A stretch of DNA of 63,826 nt, filler included, from Choristocarpus tenellus KU-1152 (lineage: Eukaryota > Protista > Phaeophyceae): assembly GCA_964200185.2 (NCBI GenBank). It is 13 parts of 13 records of this genome, joined end to end, with 100 filler letters (N's around TTAATTAATTAA, not from the genome) between each part and the next. Parts side by side here need not be neighbours in the genome. Positions count along the whole stretch, not along the records: positions 1 to 9,422 come from CAXNAD020003685.1; positions 9,523 to 14,986 come from CAXNAD020010707.1; 11 more parts are not named here. One strand, 5' to 3'. The notes under the pieces are model-generated. The model had not been told where the DNA came from, did not search any database, and saw only the letters and a program-made list of their open reading frames with translations. Positions 1 to 13,041 of this stretch are shown piece after piece. Position 1 is the first letter of the stretch. Each line of letters opens with the position of its first letter. The translations under genes and the position numbers were made by a program.

Positions 1-886
1 CCACACCAACTACCCCTGCCCGAGAACCCGACAGGGAAAAGAGAAGAAAAAAAAAAAGGGGGGGGGGGGGGGGGGGGGGGGGGGGGTCTAGTCGGTTATT
101 GAAGGAACAGGAAAGCAAGGCCTGCTTCTTCTTTGTACATTCTGAGAGTGATATTTCCCTTGGACTGCATTCTTAACTTTGATTTAAACAAACACACACA
201 CACACAGCATATCAGGGTTAGGGTTTAGCTACTTCTTGAAGCGGTTTGGTGTGGGCATAGCTGAGAGAAACACAAATACTTCCATTTTTCACTCACAATA
301 TAGTGGCCAAGTAAAACTACTCTAAAGCACACAGCTAGTGACACGGGGATGCTTGTGTGTGATGTTTCATATCTGACTTGCTCATTTCTTTTTTTTTATG
401 CTTCAATTTTTTTAAACTTCTAATTCAAGTGACACACACACTCCGTAACTTTGAAGCAGCAAGGCAACTCTTTTATCCCTAGGATCTACTCCCTCTGTTC
501 AACATCACTTTCAATAGCTTGTCTGAATGCTGAATGAATGCTAAATGTGAATGAAAACAACGCCTGTTCAAGGTGATGTTCAACAGGCAAACCAAACCAT
601 ACTCTCTGAGGTTGTTAGACAGTAGTATGAGAAGTAGTTAGTTACTTCCATTTGGGACTTCCACGAAGTTGTGCAAGAACATCTTATAACACAAATGAAA
701 ATAGTATTGACAATTTACAGCGAGCTGTTCATCAGCTATCAGATGGTGTAACATAGAGGGCAAAAGTACTCTCTGGAATTCTTGGACAGGACCCACCCAG
801 TGGAAGCTAATCTCATTCAGAACAAGACCACAAATACAGACAGTTTGAAAAAAATTGCCACTTGAATGGACAAACATGTACCACAA

Positions 887-1061
887 GTCTCAAAGTATCT
901 GGGGGGGGGGTTTCTACACCAGGGTGTCCATTTGGCCCCTGACCAGGAATAGTGTGCTTCCAATATTGATCCGAAGAATGCAACCAAATAACCCCAAAAA
1001 CATGACATGGAAGAAAGGACCCCAAATGGACAGCCACCACCCCCTCCAGATACTTTGAGCC
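887..1061. mobile_element. MITE family A (~175 bp, poly-G subterminal)
   Basis: Termini GTCTCAAAGTATCT ... AGATACTTTGAGCC; internal GTCCATTTGG/CCAAATGGAC motifs at 25-bp and 16-bp spacers; homologous copies at 46234, 57846, 61471, 63743. Flanks ACAA/ACAT. Confidence 0.9.
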
Positions 1062-1242
1062 ACATTTTTTATAATTTAAAATTCAGAGCGAGTGGGTTCG
1101 GACTATGGTTCTTTGCGACATGTCGCTTGTGTTTGACCTTTCAACAGCTGCAACCTATGGGCAACACCCTTGTTGCAGCATGGCACGTAAGGCTATTCAA
1201 GATCATCAGTGTCAATGTGGCACACACTTGAGTCCTCAGTAA

Positions 1243-3900
1243 TCAAAATAGCTCTTCTTTGATCTTTGGATGGGCGTAACCCCTCAACCACAGCCTATTA
1301 AAGCCTATTAATGCAGGGTCAAACTCAAAATAGAACCCCCGCCACTGCTGGTGATGGTGCCGAGGAGATAGGTAGGCTGCTGTACAACAGAATTGCAACA
1401 ACCAATCTTTAGGAGCTGCAAGCTTATCATCCCTCATCAAGCGCCTAACCCACGATTCCATCATTCCAAGTGCACCGGAAGTGAATGTTTGAGTTGTGAA
1501 CCTCATCAGATGGGCTATGTGCTGCAACATGGTGTTAACCCTATTCCTAACATTCTGTATGTCAGAAAGTGGTACATACGTTAAAGTGCAAGCTGTCTTT
1601 GTTCTGTTGGTTTGTTGTCTCTCTTGTTTGCTACAACGTGTGGACTTGGAAAGTGGATAATACCGCCTCTTGAAATATATTAAAAAGAGTTCATACAGAC
1701 TCTGCAGGTACGCATTAATGGTAGACAATAATGATAATGATGATGATGATAGACAATAGGTCTTAAACTGTCGCAGTCAGACTTGTAACCATACAGATGC
1801 ATGTTTAATGGTGATACATAGGTACACGGGATGATCATACAACAATGGTGGGGCGTGAATCCTTGAAAGAATTATTCAATTGAGGTAACACCCTCAGCCC
1901 TTAGCAACTATACGCCTATTCAGTATAATAAAACACTACGCTCCAGTTTTATGGAAGCCTTGGCGATTTAGATGCCATTATGGTATACTGGGTAAATGAG
2001 CGCGTTTTGAACTCCTTTCCATTGGTGCGTCCAGGTCAAAACCAACCGACAAGACACTATCAAGAGCAAGAGACTTTAACTCGCGTATTCTATCCATGGG
2101 GACATAGTAAGCGAGAATAATTGACGCTGACCCTAAACAAAATTTCCACATACACAGGACAAGCGTTCAAGTCAAGTGAGTTAAGTACACCCACCCCATA
2201 TACTGCAGGGGTTGTATATCGGGCAGGACAGATGATCTAATATTGGGATCTAATATGAGCTAATCACAGTAGGATGTATCCCAATGAATCACATGGACAA
2301 GAGGTTTGTCACGACGTATTCAATGCAAGCGCTAGAATGGGGCTTCCCCTAACCCTATGGCGCAATGAAGAAAACACAGCATTATCTCGGAGATAATTAG
2401 CGTGATACACTTCTGACTTGGCAAATGTATTTCTCCACAGGTAAGGATCAACCTGGACCATGTTGAAAAAGTAGTAAACCAGTAAGACAAATATTCAATG
2501 CAAGGGGGAACAGTACCTCTCGCATAGCAGACTGCATACCGCCGCCCTGGGGCTTCTGTTGCTTGATTACCACCCGTCGCTTCGACATGATGGATGAGGG
2601 CAATAGTCCTGTTCTCCCCTTGGTGTGTTGATCCAGCAAGCGTCTCTTCTGTGATCCCTCCCCAACACACTGAGCTCTGCAGAAGGCTGCCTCAAACCCT
2701 TCTTTACGTCCAACACGAACACAGTTATCTTTACCCTTCTTCTCACTAACTATTGCCACGAGCAACGTGCTCGTCTCTTGGGGCACTGGTAGGGTTGGTC
2801 GCCTTCACACAGTCTGTAGTCAACCAATGAGGAGGAACTACAGGAGAAAGGCCTTCGAATTGTTGTAGAAATCCAACCTTCCTGGCTCAGCCACCAAACA
2901 CTACGTCAACTATTGTACAATAGTCAAACACAATAGTAGATAAAGTACAGAGTCGTAATAGACCCGCCTGTTCAGGGATGTAGGTCGTGGCAACGAAATG
3001 TATAGTATGAGTACGGCAGGTATGGCGGAAAGGTGTAGAGTGCGTCCTAGGTCCGCCCTGGATCGTTTATCGAGGTGAGTTTTTTACTCGCCAGTAACTA
3101 CTATGGTCGGTAAAGTCCTTATATATATTGAGATCGCAAAGACAACCTTGCGTGGCACTAGATCTCAAGGAAGGGATCGTTTAAGTGGGCAAATCTTGTT
3201 GGTATATAGGTGGATGCAGGTCCACCGCAAAATATGGTTTTGGCACCTCAGTTGGTATTTGCTCCCCAACAACTCATTAACCTCGATCACATGCAATAAG
3301 ACTACGTTTACCTCCTGTAACGCCGGCTTCCCGTACGTCTCATTCTGCAGCTCCGCCATACGTCCACGGCCCCCTATGCCGAGACATCTAGACTTCGCCA
3401 CAGGGCAATGTTTAAGGTCAACGCCGAGTCCGGGCGACCCTATCCGTTACCTTAGCACAGGATTTGAACGGAAGCTCTCTTCCTTGCAATCTGGAAACGC
3501 TAAGGTAGCAAAGCGGGCCATGATAGGACCTCTGGTGAGAAAATCGATGAAGTGAGCAGAGTACTTACGTATTGTAGGTTGAATGCTGTCTTGCCTTTTT
3601 CTTTTCATCACATACATGTTATGGGTAGCTTTGTTACTGCAGCGACGAATTCCACCTATGTGCAAGGGTGAGGCAATCTCGATTATGCATTTCTATACGT
3701 GAGATGCTTGCCATAGCCATGAAGATTAGAGACAGGGTGTTGCCACGTGCACAGGAAATTTCCTGCCATGTGCTGGATGTTATCGTCCGACCCTTCAGCG
3801 TCTTTTGCGCAGCTTTCTGGTGTAGCGACCTGACTGCAGTTCGAAAATTTTTCTTCAGTAATAATGCTCTGAACACAAGAAGAGAAAAAAATGAGTTAAG
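1243..3900 (-). pseudogene. Unidentified decayed coding region (TE- or virus-like)
   Basis: Chain of intronless minus-strand ORF fragments (3634-3876, 3447-3665, 3165-3401, 2448-2786, 1243-1728) broken by stops and frameshifts; no family motif recognised. Confidence 0.3.
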
Positions 3901-4245
3901 TTTTTCGACATGACCACCTCAGCACCAACGTAAGATGCAATATGCCCATGGCTAAACAAGCGGATAATAGCGTCCTTTTCATATTTTGTTTGGTTCTCAC
4001 ACTATAGTGGTAAGAATGCTCCTCCCCCTGCAACCCCCCCTTATCTGAGAACTTGAAACAGCATAATAATCCGTGTTTCTTGTGTCCCTATGTCTAGCAT
4101 GTGTTGGATGTGGAACTGGAAAACCTTTGTGCCCTGTTAAATACTAGTGTTATGGTCAAAATGACCCTGTCTCCTCTCTCTGAACAACCACTCCAACCCT
4201 GTACTCCCTACCCTGCGCTTCCTCCTCCCCTCCCAACATGGGTAG

Positions 4246-7200
4246 GAGGGTGAAGACCTTGAAAATTTTCTGGATCAAGCACTAAATGGACCCAATGCAA
4301 GCAACGGTACTACCCTACTTGAAGCCTCTGCCACGAGTGCTTCAGCACTTTCTACACCTCAATTGACCAATGGTTCACCAAGTTCGATTAACCTGACCAG
4401 TGGTGCACCAGAAAGGTCTGGTCGCCAGCAAGTGGATAGGTTGTTAAGCAGAGATGGATTACACCCTTGGGCATCAGTTGCATCAAGGGAAGAGATGGAC
4501 GGTGCAGATGATGAGGAAGTGGTTAATGGAAAGTCACTGGAAAGGGAAGAGTGGAATATCTTCAACGCTGAAGACCCTGCAACTGCTGGACTCCAATTTT
4601 CGTTGGAAAAAATGTTTGCAGAAACACTGGAGGAGAAGGTGTGATGCAGAGATCCCATTCTTGGTTAGGGATAGATTTGCCTCCTTTTCGAATCTCAATG
4701 ACCTTTCCAGCAACATGATTTTTGGCGCTTTTATTTTTTGAATCATTTCCCTCTTCTGTGAATCAGTTTGTTTACCGGTAAGTGTTGTAGTGTTTCTTAA
4801 GTCAGTGGGTGCAAGTTGATCTGTCACCTAGCTGCAGATGGTAGGTACTATTGGAGTGCTTGATGCGCCATCTCAGAGTTGGTTTGTCATGTTCTTGCTC
4901 AAACAGATTTTTTTTGTCTGATAATGCTTTAAAGCAGTCTTCAAGTGAATTACAAATCTTGCCATGAGCTAACTTGTTGGTAGGAGCTGCTGCTTAACTA
5001 GAATTGGGGCAACAGACCACGTCTTTCTTCTGACTTGATGGCTTTGATCTGATTTAATGGCTTTGATTTGATTTGATGCCTTTGGTTTGATTTGGAGTGT
5101 CCCAAGAACAGTGAATGATGGTTTGCCTGTTTTATGTCAATGCCACGTCTGCAAGTGAAAGCTCCACCATGTTTCAAGATCACCAAGTCACTTGCCCTAC
5201 TGTTGTACTCTCCCATTGCCACAATTATTACCATGTTACCATGTTACCATGTGCCATTTTAAGGAGGATGTTGCCCCATCCTTCAATGTTGAGGAGGAGG
5301 TTGATGATGGGCTGCTCAATATTGATGTGGAGGAGGCTAAGCAGGAGGGGAAGGAGGAGGGGAATGAGGAAGAGGAATACTTAGGAGAGCTTGATGATCG
5401 ACCTGTGTATAGCAGCCATGAACTGTTTTGGTTACAGTTGAAGAGGGAGGACCGCAGCTACACTGAAGCTATTGAGAAATATGGGAAGGTGCTATTAGTG
5501 TGCAGGAGGAGTGTGTCAGTGACTTTTCCATTATTATATTTGTTTGAATTTCTTACTCCATCTTGGTGCATGTATTCATCAAGAAAAGTGGGAGAATACC
5601 ATACTGTGTGTTACTGTATGTTACTGTTGGTCTTCTGATAGTGGGGTGCAGATATGAGGGTTGCTCTGTGCAGGGATTTGCACAGGAATGTACATGTGGG
5701 GTTTTTGTAGTGATATCTGTGAACTTTTTGTTCTCATGTTTGGCGAAAAGCCTTCACCTTGAAAAGCACAATGCAATGGCATGTCTTCCGACATTCAGAT
5801 AGAAAATAACCAACTGAAGTGCCTTCTTTACATCTCTCAAATACATTCTTTAGTCTTTGTTCCAATCCCTGTGGGAAATTAAAACAGAAAAAAAGTTCCA
5901 CCCACACTGTGGTCATTGTTGGTTCATTGACCAATAAGATACACCCCAAGCTGAACAGGAAAAATTACACTTGTTGCAGATAATGGAAGAAATGCTCAAG
6001 TTTGGGAAAGCAGGTAGTCTCAGGCCTGTACAGCGAATGCTGCATGCATGGTGAGCAAACACTATGACCTTTGGAAATAAGGGTGTTCAATAGTGAGAGT
6101 CATTTATGGCTGTGGTGTGTGTGCTTCTGTTGCACAGCCTATTTACTGTGTTGGATTGTATTTATAGTATTTATTTATTAGCACTTTTGTATTTATTGTA
6201 TTTATAGTACTATGATAATGGGATATTATAGAAAACCTCTAATTATTGGTCCAAGACCTTCTTGCACTTCTGCACATAGAGAGTTTTTTGGGGTGAAACA
6301 CTCCATCTAGTTTAGTGTAAATCCTACTGTGTGACATGTATGTGATGCCAACAGACATGGACTGTTGAGGGTTGGAATAGAGCTTTTTTCTTCTTTTCGG
6401 TGCAATAGTAATAACTGTTTTCAAGGTGTGTATGATATGATACGATACGATATGATACGATATGATTGTTGTCTACCTTGAAAGTGTGGGAGGTAGAGAG
6501 CGAGGGGTATTTTGTGTCCTAGCGAGGGGTATTTGGCAATGAAAGATACGTATTTTATGATTCTTTTGATTCCCTTTCGATCCTTTGATGTGAGAAATGA
6601 TAATATGATAATATAATAGTATAATAATATAATAATATGATAATATGATAATATGAAATACGATAATATGAACAAACCACATGCTTTTGAGAGCCCCTTA
6701 ATTTTATACCTCCTTCAGAATCACACTTTTAATCTTGTTCAATGTACCACAAATCATTGCCCTGTGAGTTGGACTCTAGTTCCTCAAAAATATTCTACAT
6801 CCCAGTAATATATTTTTCTCTTCTAAAATTATTACACTTTCCAGGTCTGTATCAAATCCACATTTGATTCCTACTCCTGATATTTCAACAGGAGATCACC
6901 TCATAGGACACACTGTAATAGCAGCCCAACATTATTATACCACCCTTTTGATCCCTTTCACCCATAACTGTAGCTGTTAACACCCTTTGAATATGGCTCA
7001 GGTTTGGGCCACTAAAGAACAGGATTGAGGAGGAGCAAAAGGCTGTATGGTGTAACAACCAAGGAATAGATGAGTCAGCGTTTGGACCTCTCTTGGTGTT
7101 ACTGAAGCCAGACAAGTTGGCTGTTCTGGTACGGGTATTGATTACTTGTTTGTACTGATATTGATTACATTCTTCGTACTGGTATTGATTACTTGTTTGT

Positions 7201-8856
7201 ACTGATATTGATTGCATTCTTCGTACTGGTATTGATTACTTGTTTGTACTGATATTGATTACATTCTTCGTACTGGTATTGATTACTTGTTTGTACTGAT
7301 ATTGATTACATTCTTCGTACTGGTATTGATTGCACTGTTTGTACTGATATTGATTACATTGTTCGTACTGGTATTGATTACTTGTTTGTACTGGTATTGA
7401 TTACATTCTTCGTACTGGTATTGATTACTTGTTTGTACTGATATTGATTACATTCTTCGTACTGGTATTGATTACTTGTTTGTACTGGTATTGATTACTT
7501 GTTTGTACTGGTATTGATTACTTGTTTGTACTGGTATTGATTGCACTGTTTGTACTGGTATTGGTTACATTGTTCGTACTGATATTGATTACATTGTTCG
7601 TACTGGTATTGATTGCACTGTTTGTACTGATATTGATTACATTGTTCGTACTGGTATTGATTACATTGTTTGTACAGGTATTGATTGCACTGTTTGTACA
7701 AGTATTGATTACATTGTTTGTACAGGTATTGATTGCATTGTTTGTACAAGTATTGATTACTTGTTTGTAATGATATTGATTACATTGTTAGGGCACATTC
7801 AATTGCCTTACCCCTATTTGCATATTAGTGTTATTGCTGGCCATGGTTTGCTGGATAGAGTTCCTGTCCAAGTCTGGATGTCCTCTATCTCATATCAATA
7901 TGTGGTGATAGCCTATTTAGAGAAGTTGATACATATCATGATACATATCATGATACATTGTATGATATAATATATTATGATATAGTATTGGGAGTGAGAC
8001 TGCAAGGATGGGGAGGATTGTAGTGAGGGCATCATATCATTTGGAGAAGGGGTGGAAGGATTATTTTTGACTCAGTGTATGATCGATCCCTAATGATGGA
8101 TGATGAGGTAGAGGAATGCCCCATAGAGCAACCTGCATGATAGGGGATACATGGTGAACCTGTGAAGTCACACACCACACATCAAGATACATGATGAACC
8201 TGTGAAGTCACCTCTACCGTGTATTAGTGTGACTATGGCATACACTATGGCATACACCATGGCATACACCATGGCATACACCATCATACATCTACATGTT
8301 TTGATTTCAATCTTTAATCTTGATGCCTCCTGGAGGACAAATATTGATAGGGAGGGTAATTTTTGTACTATGATTTTGTAGAGGTGGCACCATTGGTGGA
8401 AATTTTGATTGTGGGGAACGGGGTTGATGATGGGTGAAAGTATGACAGTTAAGAATGACAGTTAATGATGGCATAGTTGAGGATGATACAGGTCATGGAA
8501 GGCAAACAATACTCCTCAATGAACCATAAACCCCCCTGAGTATTTTATTTGACCACGAACCTTGGCAAGTTAGAGTTCTTGGAAGGGAGGAAATGGGATG
8601 GATGTTTTTGTGTGTTGCATGGGTTCAAATCTTACTGTTGTGTAAGCTAGTGTCTAGCGTAATAATTTCTTGTTGGATTTTTTAATTTTTTTCTTTCCTT
8701 CTCCTTTCCTGTCATACCCTTCTTTGCTCATCAAAAATTTGAATCAAATTTTGACAGGTGCTGCATGAGATCGTCAATCTTTGTCTCACTGCTGGCAACA
8801 GAGGGGTGTCCACATTGACAGCATGCACTGCAGTGGCTGAGGTTGTACAGGCGGAG
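4246..8856 (+). CDS. POLRMT: Phage T3/T7-type organellar (mitochondrial) RNA polymerase, N-terminal region, partial
   Basis: Phase-compatible GT-AG exons 4246-4638, 5264-5488, 5980-6050, 7002-7128, 8758-8856 give ...LFWLQLKREDRSYTEAIEKYGK/IMEEMLKFGKAGSLRPVQRMLHAW/FGPLKNRIEEEQ...FGPLLVLLKPDKLAVL/VLHEIVNLCLTAGNRGVSTLTACTAVAEVVQAE, matching the RPOL_N region (plant RpoT pattern WFEPL..AI..EQ...LPADKMAVITMH). Truncated by the linker at 9423. Confidence 0.9.
6428..6670. repeat. Pentanucleotide microsatellites (GATAT/GATAC; ATAAT-type)
   Basis: Runs visible at about 6430-6465 and 6597-6670, inside an RpoT intron. Confidence 0.8.
7129..7790. repeat. 23/24-bp minisatellite with 47-bp higher-order period
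   Basis: Units GTACTGGTATTGATTACTTGTTT (23) and GTACTGATATTGATTACATTCTTC (24) alternate, then 24-bp variants; the array begins at the exon-4 splice donor. Confidence 0.95.
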
Positions 8857-8867
8857 GTAAGTATTCT

Positions 8868-9205
8868 GTCATTTATATCATTTATATCATTTGTATCATT
8901 TACATCATTTATATCATTTACATCATTTACTTCATTTATATCATTTACATCATTTATATCATTTATATCATTTACATCATTTATATCATTTATATCATTT
9001 GCATCATTTATATCATTTACATCATTTATATCATTTATATCATTTGTATCATTTACATCATTTATATCATTTACATCATTTATATCATTTATATCATTTG
9101 CATCATTTATATCATTTACATCATTTATATCATTTATATCATTTACATCATTTATATCATTTATATCATTTGCATCATTTATATCATTTATATCATTTAT
9201 ATCAT
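8868..9205. repeat. 9-bp tandem repeat TCATTT(A/G)(T/C)A
   Basis: Uninterrupted array in the intron after RpoT exon 8758-8856. Confidence 0.95.
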
Positions 9206-9422
9206 CTGTTTTGTTCGCACATCAACATGTGCCTATGTATGGTTAATTTTTTCTGCTTGATCTTGAGGGTGGTTTCAGTCAGAGTTAGGGCTTACACATG
9301 ACTTGTGATTGAAGCAATCTATGCTTATGACTTCAGGCGTAGCAAGCGTTTGTTAATCTTTGGGGGAGAGGGGGGGGGGAGGAGGGCTGTGGACAGCTGC
9401 AGGTGTGAATGTCACATGCATG

Positions 9423-9522
9423 NNNNNNNNNNNNNNNNNNNNNNNNNNNNNNNNNNNNNNNNNNNNTTAATTAATTAANNNNNNNNNNNNNNNNNNNNNN
9501 NNNNNNNNNNNNNNNNNNNNNN
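9423..9522. other. Artificial contig-joining linker N44-TTAATTAATTAA-N44 (first of 12)
   Basis: Identical 100-bp blocks also at 14987-15086, 17734-17833, 23316-23415, 27792-27891, 31123-31222, 34361-34460, 38028-38127, 43604-43703, 48414-48513, 57746-57845, 61039-61138. The core places stop codons in all six frames. Confidence 0.98.
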
Positions 9523-12500
9523 CCACTCACCCCCCCCCCTCTACCTTCTGCCAACACCTGTTTTCGTACCGCAGGCTCAAAGGCATATGGAGAGCTCACC
9601 TTTCAGTCCCCAAGCCAGCTCGCCTGTTACCAGGGCAGGCTTTCCTTCTCGAAGCAATGGGCATCCAACAGCATCTGTCTTGCCCTCTGCATTGGCAATA
9701 TCTCGCTCAAACGGGAGCTTGGGGTCGTTGGGTGGGGTTGCTTCCCCCTCCAGCAGTGCTGGCTTGACCCACCAAAGTCGAAAGCATTTCCCTTTGTAGT
9801 AAAAGTTAAATTTCTGCAAGCGTGGAAAGGAAGGGGAAGGGTGAAAGAGAACAGGTTTTGACAGAGAGGATTGAGGCGTTTCTTGCAACCTCTTGTGGCA
9901 TGCCCCCCCCGCACCCCTTGTGGCGTGTAGCCCTTGCTCTCACCTTCCACCACAAGCATCTCAGCACTCCCTTCCCTGGTTATGGTTGTGGTCGCCAGGC
10001 TTAGGCCAATCCTTGCTGTTGGCTTGCAGCCGTCCCGTCTCCTGATGATGTCTAGAGTTGTACCTTTCCCAACTGCACACCCTGCCACACTCTGCCACTG
10101 CACTCTCAAGAATGATCTTCTGCTGAATTGGATTCTTTTCCACTGACGTGTCTGAATTCCTTCTGTGGATTTGGCTGATTATGGGTCTGGATCTGTAGGG
10201 TATGTATATATCCAGATGCTGAGGTTGCGAGAGGGTGATTTGGTGGTAAGGAGCAGGAGTGGTGGGCAAGGGCAAGGAAATATGTGCAGCAGGATGGGAC
10301 CAGAGAGGGATGGTGGTGTAGGAACGAGTAGAGAGAGGTGCTGAGTGTATCCAAACCGTTGTTTTTTTTGTACAGATAGGAAGAATGAGAATTTTGGGTC
10401 CAGATACTTACAAATACAAACAATAATAAGGATTGGGAAGGGACGAATAGATATCGATCAATCTATACATACGTACATACATACATGCGTGTGCTAACAA
10501 CATTGCTTGACGCATGTGGATGTACTTATTTCGCTTTTTTATGGAGAGTGGTACGATTCGGCATTACTTGCATCAGCATGCCATCGCTTCTCTTTTTTGT
10601 GGTTAGGATTTTCAGCTTGCAATTGATTGCAGGTGCTGTGTATAGACAGGGGAAGGGAAGCGAGTGGAGGAGCAGACTTCTTAGCTTCTTTATTTATGCG
10701 CCACTAAGGAGAAACCAACAGCAAGTGTTCTAAGGTTGTGTTTTGTTCTTGTGGTGAATATGGATGTGGACCTGTACCTCAGCAAACAGAGGTTCCCGAG
10801 CAGCATCCTTGGCTTGCGGAAGAAGGTCGTGCCTTCCCTTGTGCAAACCCTGAGTTGCTTTGAAGCTTGTTGTACCGTAGCTAGTACCCATACGTATTGT
10901 TGTTATCTGTCTTCTGTAGTGCTTCCACGCCTGCAGCAAGCTTTGGACCTGTGAGGTATTTGTTGATGCCTTGTGATGGATGGGTCTTCCTACACTCCTG
11001 AAGTGTTGCATTAGGCATGCTTCTTCTATGTTTGCATGACTGTCTGCAGGTTGCTCTGATAAATACCTGTTGTGAAAGTTGTGTTGATGTGTGTGTTGAG
11101 GAAGGAATACACCACCTAGTGTTTGTTGCTTTATGAAATTTACTCGTAGTCATTACTGTTCTAGTAGTAGAGGGATAATAAATGTGCACTATACAACCAC
11201 AAGCGTAGATCGGTATATTTCAAGGAAAGGGTGGGAAGAAGGTAGTATTAAGTGGCACAGACATGAAGAAACTTTCTGTGAAACAAAGTTACAATCTATG
11301 TTGGAACATTACCCCACCAATCTTTCTATTCCCAACCCTCCTGATGTCAAGATGATTGAGCGACTTGGACCTACTATGTGACATGAGTAATTAGTTGTTT
11401 CCCTTTTTAGGAGTCTCGTTCTCGCAGTCAGTGTGTGAAGGTTGTTTAATGAGAACAGCTACCCAACACTCAACCGAAGTGCATGGCTGTATGATGGTGA
11501 CTGTTATATTTTTTGTCCTCATCTCCATGCCCTTCTCAAGTCAGTATCGGATCTGGAGAAAGTGAAACAGGCCTATTCAAAGCGGATTGTTGCGACGATC
11601 GTCGATAAGTGTCAGTCTTTCTTTATTGATAACTTAGTACGTGCCCTGCTTCCTTGTTGGGACGTAAAGTAGAGTTCGGGCAACAAGATATGAAGAGGTA
11701 CTTTACGGTACGTACTCTGCTATTTTTATTGTAGAGGTATACAACCAGACTATTAATATTATGTAAATTGTTTTTTTAAGTAAAAAAATATATATCGTCA
11801 AGAATTGACCCTCTTCAGTCAAGAGTGGCCAGTAGTAGTTGACCCCTCTGCAGCGCAAAACTTTGGATGTTGCTTCCTGCTAGACTGACGATGGTGATAC
11901 TGCTGATGATAAAATAAACTCCACTGTGATACGCCACGGACTATTCCGTCCGATAGCTAATTAGACACCTGTCCACCACAACCTGGGGGGAAGGGCATTT
12001 TAATATGAATGCATTACCCTAGTAAGTTGTGCAACTATCTTAAGATAGATGGTCATCCTACATTGTCTGCTCGCAGAACTTGTTGCAGAGCAATCAACAA
12101 TCAGTTCAGCCCTACCTCCCTGTCGAGGGAATCCTCATCACCCCTCTTGTCGCGAATCATGAGGGATCCAGAAGGAGGTCTTAGCTGGGTGCATATTTTG
12201 GGGGGTTCTGCAGGGACTACTAGGTTTGTTTCTCATCGGTCAGTCCCTCAATTACTCCTGTACTACTCTGAATTATATTACCACATACATCGTAGTATGT
12301 TAATAATGTATACATCTAAGCGGAGGCTATGTTGATAATGTATACATCTGAATTGTGCCCATGGGATGGTAATGCAAGTTAAACATCACCTTCTTTAGCA
12401 TGCAAGGAGTCCACGAGTTTGTGGGATTGGAGAGAGGAGGAGTAGTGAAGCGGTGAATAAGAGATGATCCCTTAAAATCTCTCCTTCGTTCACTCCTCTT

Positions 12501-13041
12501 TGGGGTACGATGGAGGAGAAAGTAGGAGGTGAGAGTTTTGAAAAGGATGCCCAAACTCTGACTATTCTGGAGGTTTAAAAGGAAATAATATCGGAGGAGG
12601 TACTAAGTGACGAACTCAAACCTCGGTGTGATGTATGAGAGTTTATGTTCTGCACCAAGTACTACTATTGATATATACTAATTCGAAGTACTGTTGATAC
12701 GAATATTTCATAAATTTTATAACATTACTTAAAATCACTTCAACTTGAATAAATTGATTCTAATTGTTTATTACTGAGTACTTTTACCGAAGAAAACTAA
12801 TAGTATAGTGGGAAATATATTGTGGAAACGGTCGAAACGGAAAAAAAATTATGGGTTAGTTTGTATCACCACGATGATTGCATTGCCATTGTTAGTGTAG
12901 ATTAATTGAATCAATGGAGGTCTAGAGGCGTACTGGCGTGAGATTTAAAATAGAGACTAATAATGTGCCCACATCGAGGACTTCATTGAATCTGTATGTT
13001 GTCCATCTCAACATTCCAACCACTTCACCCCATCACCATCA

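Noticed and set aside
813-1065. Recurrent short ORFs such as WLKVSGGGGG...PFG and ...RVSILVPDTPFHNI
   Set aside because: Translations of non-coding MITE A and B copies, not a gene family.
7129-7790. CRISPR-like array, and ORFs 7495-7749 and 7522-7770 as repeat proteins
   Set aside because: No unique spacers and no cas genes; a head-to-tail intronic minisatellite whose 24-bp period creates stop-free frames.
4246-8856. T7-like polymerase as evidence of a prophage or linear plasmid
   Set aside because: Split by spliceosomal introns; it is the ordinary nuclear-encoded organellar RNA polymerase.
8857-9301. SFI/HLY-repeat ORFs (8758-9246, 8891-9301)
   Set aside because: Read-through of a 9-bp intronic repeat; only 8758-8856 is exon, with a GTAAGT donor.
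9467-9478. TTAATTAATTAA motif recurring 12 times, as a possible dispersed signal
   Set aside because: Always centred in a 100-bp N block; it is an assembly linker with six-frame stops.
9576-12600. Exon-like pieces (9576-9799, 10735-10825, 11411-11496) as a gene
   Set aside because: In-frame stops, no consistent phase chain and no recognisable domain.
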